A DNA stretch of 32,000 nt from a cyanobacterium endosymbiont of Epithemia turgida isolate EtSB Lake Yunoko (GTDB lineage: Bacteria > Cyanobacteriota > Cyanobacteriia > Cyanobacteriales > Microcystaceae). The position numbers and the translations under genes are program-made. The stretch is taken from positions 150,001 through 182,000 of the forward strand of contig NZ_AP012549.1 of the NCBI RefSeq assembly GCF_000829235.1, given 5' to 3'. Below the pieces are notes generated by a model. The model did not search any database. It saw only the letters and a program-made list of their open reading frames with translations, and was not told the origin of the DNA. Of this stretch, positions 30,783-32,000 are shown piece by piece. The first letter of the stretch is position 1. Each line of letters starts with the position of its first letter.

Positions 30783-31858
30783 AATTATTTTAAAGAATTT
30801 TATTTTAATTTTTTAAAAAAAATATTAATTTTTATAACTTAAAAACTTGAACTATGCCCTTATATAAAAATACTTTAAATATAATTTATAACCTATTACA
30901 AAGATAATAAAAAAAACAGATGATCTCTATCGTAAAAATATACAGTATTATATTTCATTTTTTATCATTGCTGTCACTCCATCGGCTATTCCTCTTTTTT
31001 TTGTAAATAAGAAATTTTTAATAGCTTGACAAGTTTTTCAGACAAGAGTAATTGTTAGTAGCCATTACAGGTTATTTTTTAAACAAATAGTACGTGATAC
31101 GAAAATCAATCAAGTCTATACTAGGATTTTATAGTACAATATCAGCATCTTGGGTAAGGGCTGATACGTTAACATTAGGATAAAATACTTCTGTTTATCT
31201 TTGAAGTTTAATGGAAGGAAAAAAATTGATCAGTAAATTTATATATTATACAGGAGATATTTTAAAAAGCATAGGAACAATTTGTTGAGAAAGTTAGTAA
31301 CAGAAAGAAAATATATAATTGGAGTTTTTATCTATTGGTATAAAAATTTTCCTTTCTGAGAAAACTTAAACTTTAAGATAAATTATTATTTACCAAAAAC
31401 CTATTACAGCAATCAAATAAAAACATGTTATTATTTAATTGATAAGACTAAAAAGTGCAGACTAAAGTAGTTTAATTAATACTATTTTTAATACAAAACT
31501 AGCTGAGGTTAGTGTTTTGTCTAGTACTAAAAAAATTAACTTTTTGAAATACTGCTGGTTATGAATAAGTCAATCGCCCTTAATTTCATAAACAACTTCC
31601 AAATTCTTGTATGAAAGCTTACTTATTATTAATTACTCCTATTCTTAGCCTGCCTTTATAAATAAACGTTATTTTTTTTATGCTGTCAAATCTGAGGGAA
31701 TAGACTTACCATCATGAGTTTACTTTCGATTCAGAGACTGTTTTGAACGAAACTTTAAGTAAGTGACATATAAGAAAATAAAATTTTTTAGGTAATTTTT
31801 TTTTCTTTAAGCCATTTAGATGATTCTTTTGGAATGTTAGTTCAGCGAAATACATCAT

Positions 31859-31880
31859 ATAGTTATCTTAAGATAACTAT
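31859..31880. repeat. 22-nt perfect palindrome
   Basis: atagttatctt | aagataactat. Confidence 0.8.
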
Positions 31881-32000
31881 TATAAATAGTCTCCTATGAG
31901 TTCTTTTAGATGAAGAACAAATTGACCAATTTTCTGCTCTTATTATTCTTTTAAAATTTAGATAAAAATTGATTACACCTAAAAATCTAGAATGATTTAC

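Noticed and set aside
1-32000. The hairpins as copies of a MITE/REP-like mobile repeat family.
   Set aside because: The arms share no common sequence, I see no flanking target-site duplications, and there is no internal cargo. Recurrent short words such as aaacctatata and aaacctaattat are short enough to recur by chance in ~15 kb of AT-rich DNA.
1-32000. CRISPR arrays, tRNA/rRNA/tmRNA/SRP RNA genes, transposases or integrases, and HIP1 (GCGATCGC) enrichment.
   Set aside because: There are no regularly spaced direct repeats, only a 15-nt pair at 6583/6623 and a 12-nt pair at 10411/10441. There is no tRNA-like T-arm or acceptor pattern in the GC-richer patches. No ORF has a transposase or integrase motif. 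There is no perfect GCGATCGC, only partial matches. All of this is by eye, so tRNAscan, Infernal or a CRISPR finder should confirm it.

Overview
This is a very AT-rich, cyanobacterial-type chromosomal segment. I can support 21 intact protein-coding genes, mostly housekeeping. They are a hydrogenase maturation protease, a 2Fe-2S ferredoxin-domain protein, Dps, UppP, Dxs, GrxC, a membrane-anchored S8 protease, a FIST protein, CP12, a membrane protein, an ArsR-family regulator, a four-gene same-strand cluster (small ORF, DUF3326-like, CPBP protease, DUF3531-like), one ABC exporter half-transporter, RecJ, a LapA-domain protein, RsmD and HisH. Summing my coordinates, these cover only about 16.8 kb (~53%) of the 32 kb. 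The rest is gene-free spacer of 0.5-2.4 kb that is visibly even more AT-rich than the genes. One spacer holds a multiply disrupted CobW/COG0523 GTPase pseudogene that can be read by eye, so at least part of the spacer is decayed coding sequence. This pattern fits a cyanobacterial genome in reductive evolution, for example an obligate endosymbiont; that attribution is inference, since no search was possible. By eye I found no rRNA, tRNA, CRISPR array, transposase or integrase, prophage, or recognisable defence or biosynthetic cluster. I do not see a convincing novel multi-gene system. The most unusual signals are: (1) more than a dozen long, perfect or near-perfect inverted repeats, each unique in sequence, several lying where no extant gene needs a terminator; (2) gene decay, including the CobW pseudogene and a possible remnant of an ABC partner; (3) a tightly packed operon of uncharacterised conserved proteins kept intact amid the decay; (4) an isolated ArsR regulator with BigR/YgaV-like cysteine placement and no adjacent cargo gene; (5) a CP12 that has lost one cysteine of its N-terminal pair.
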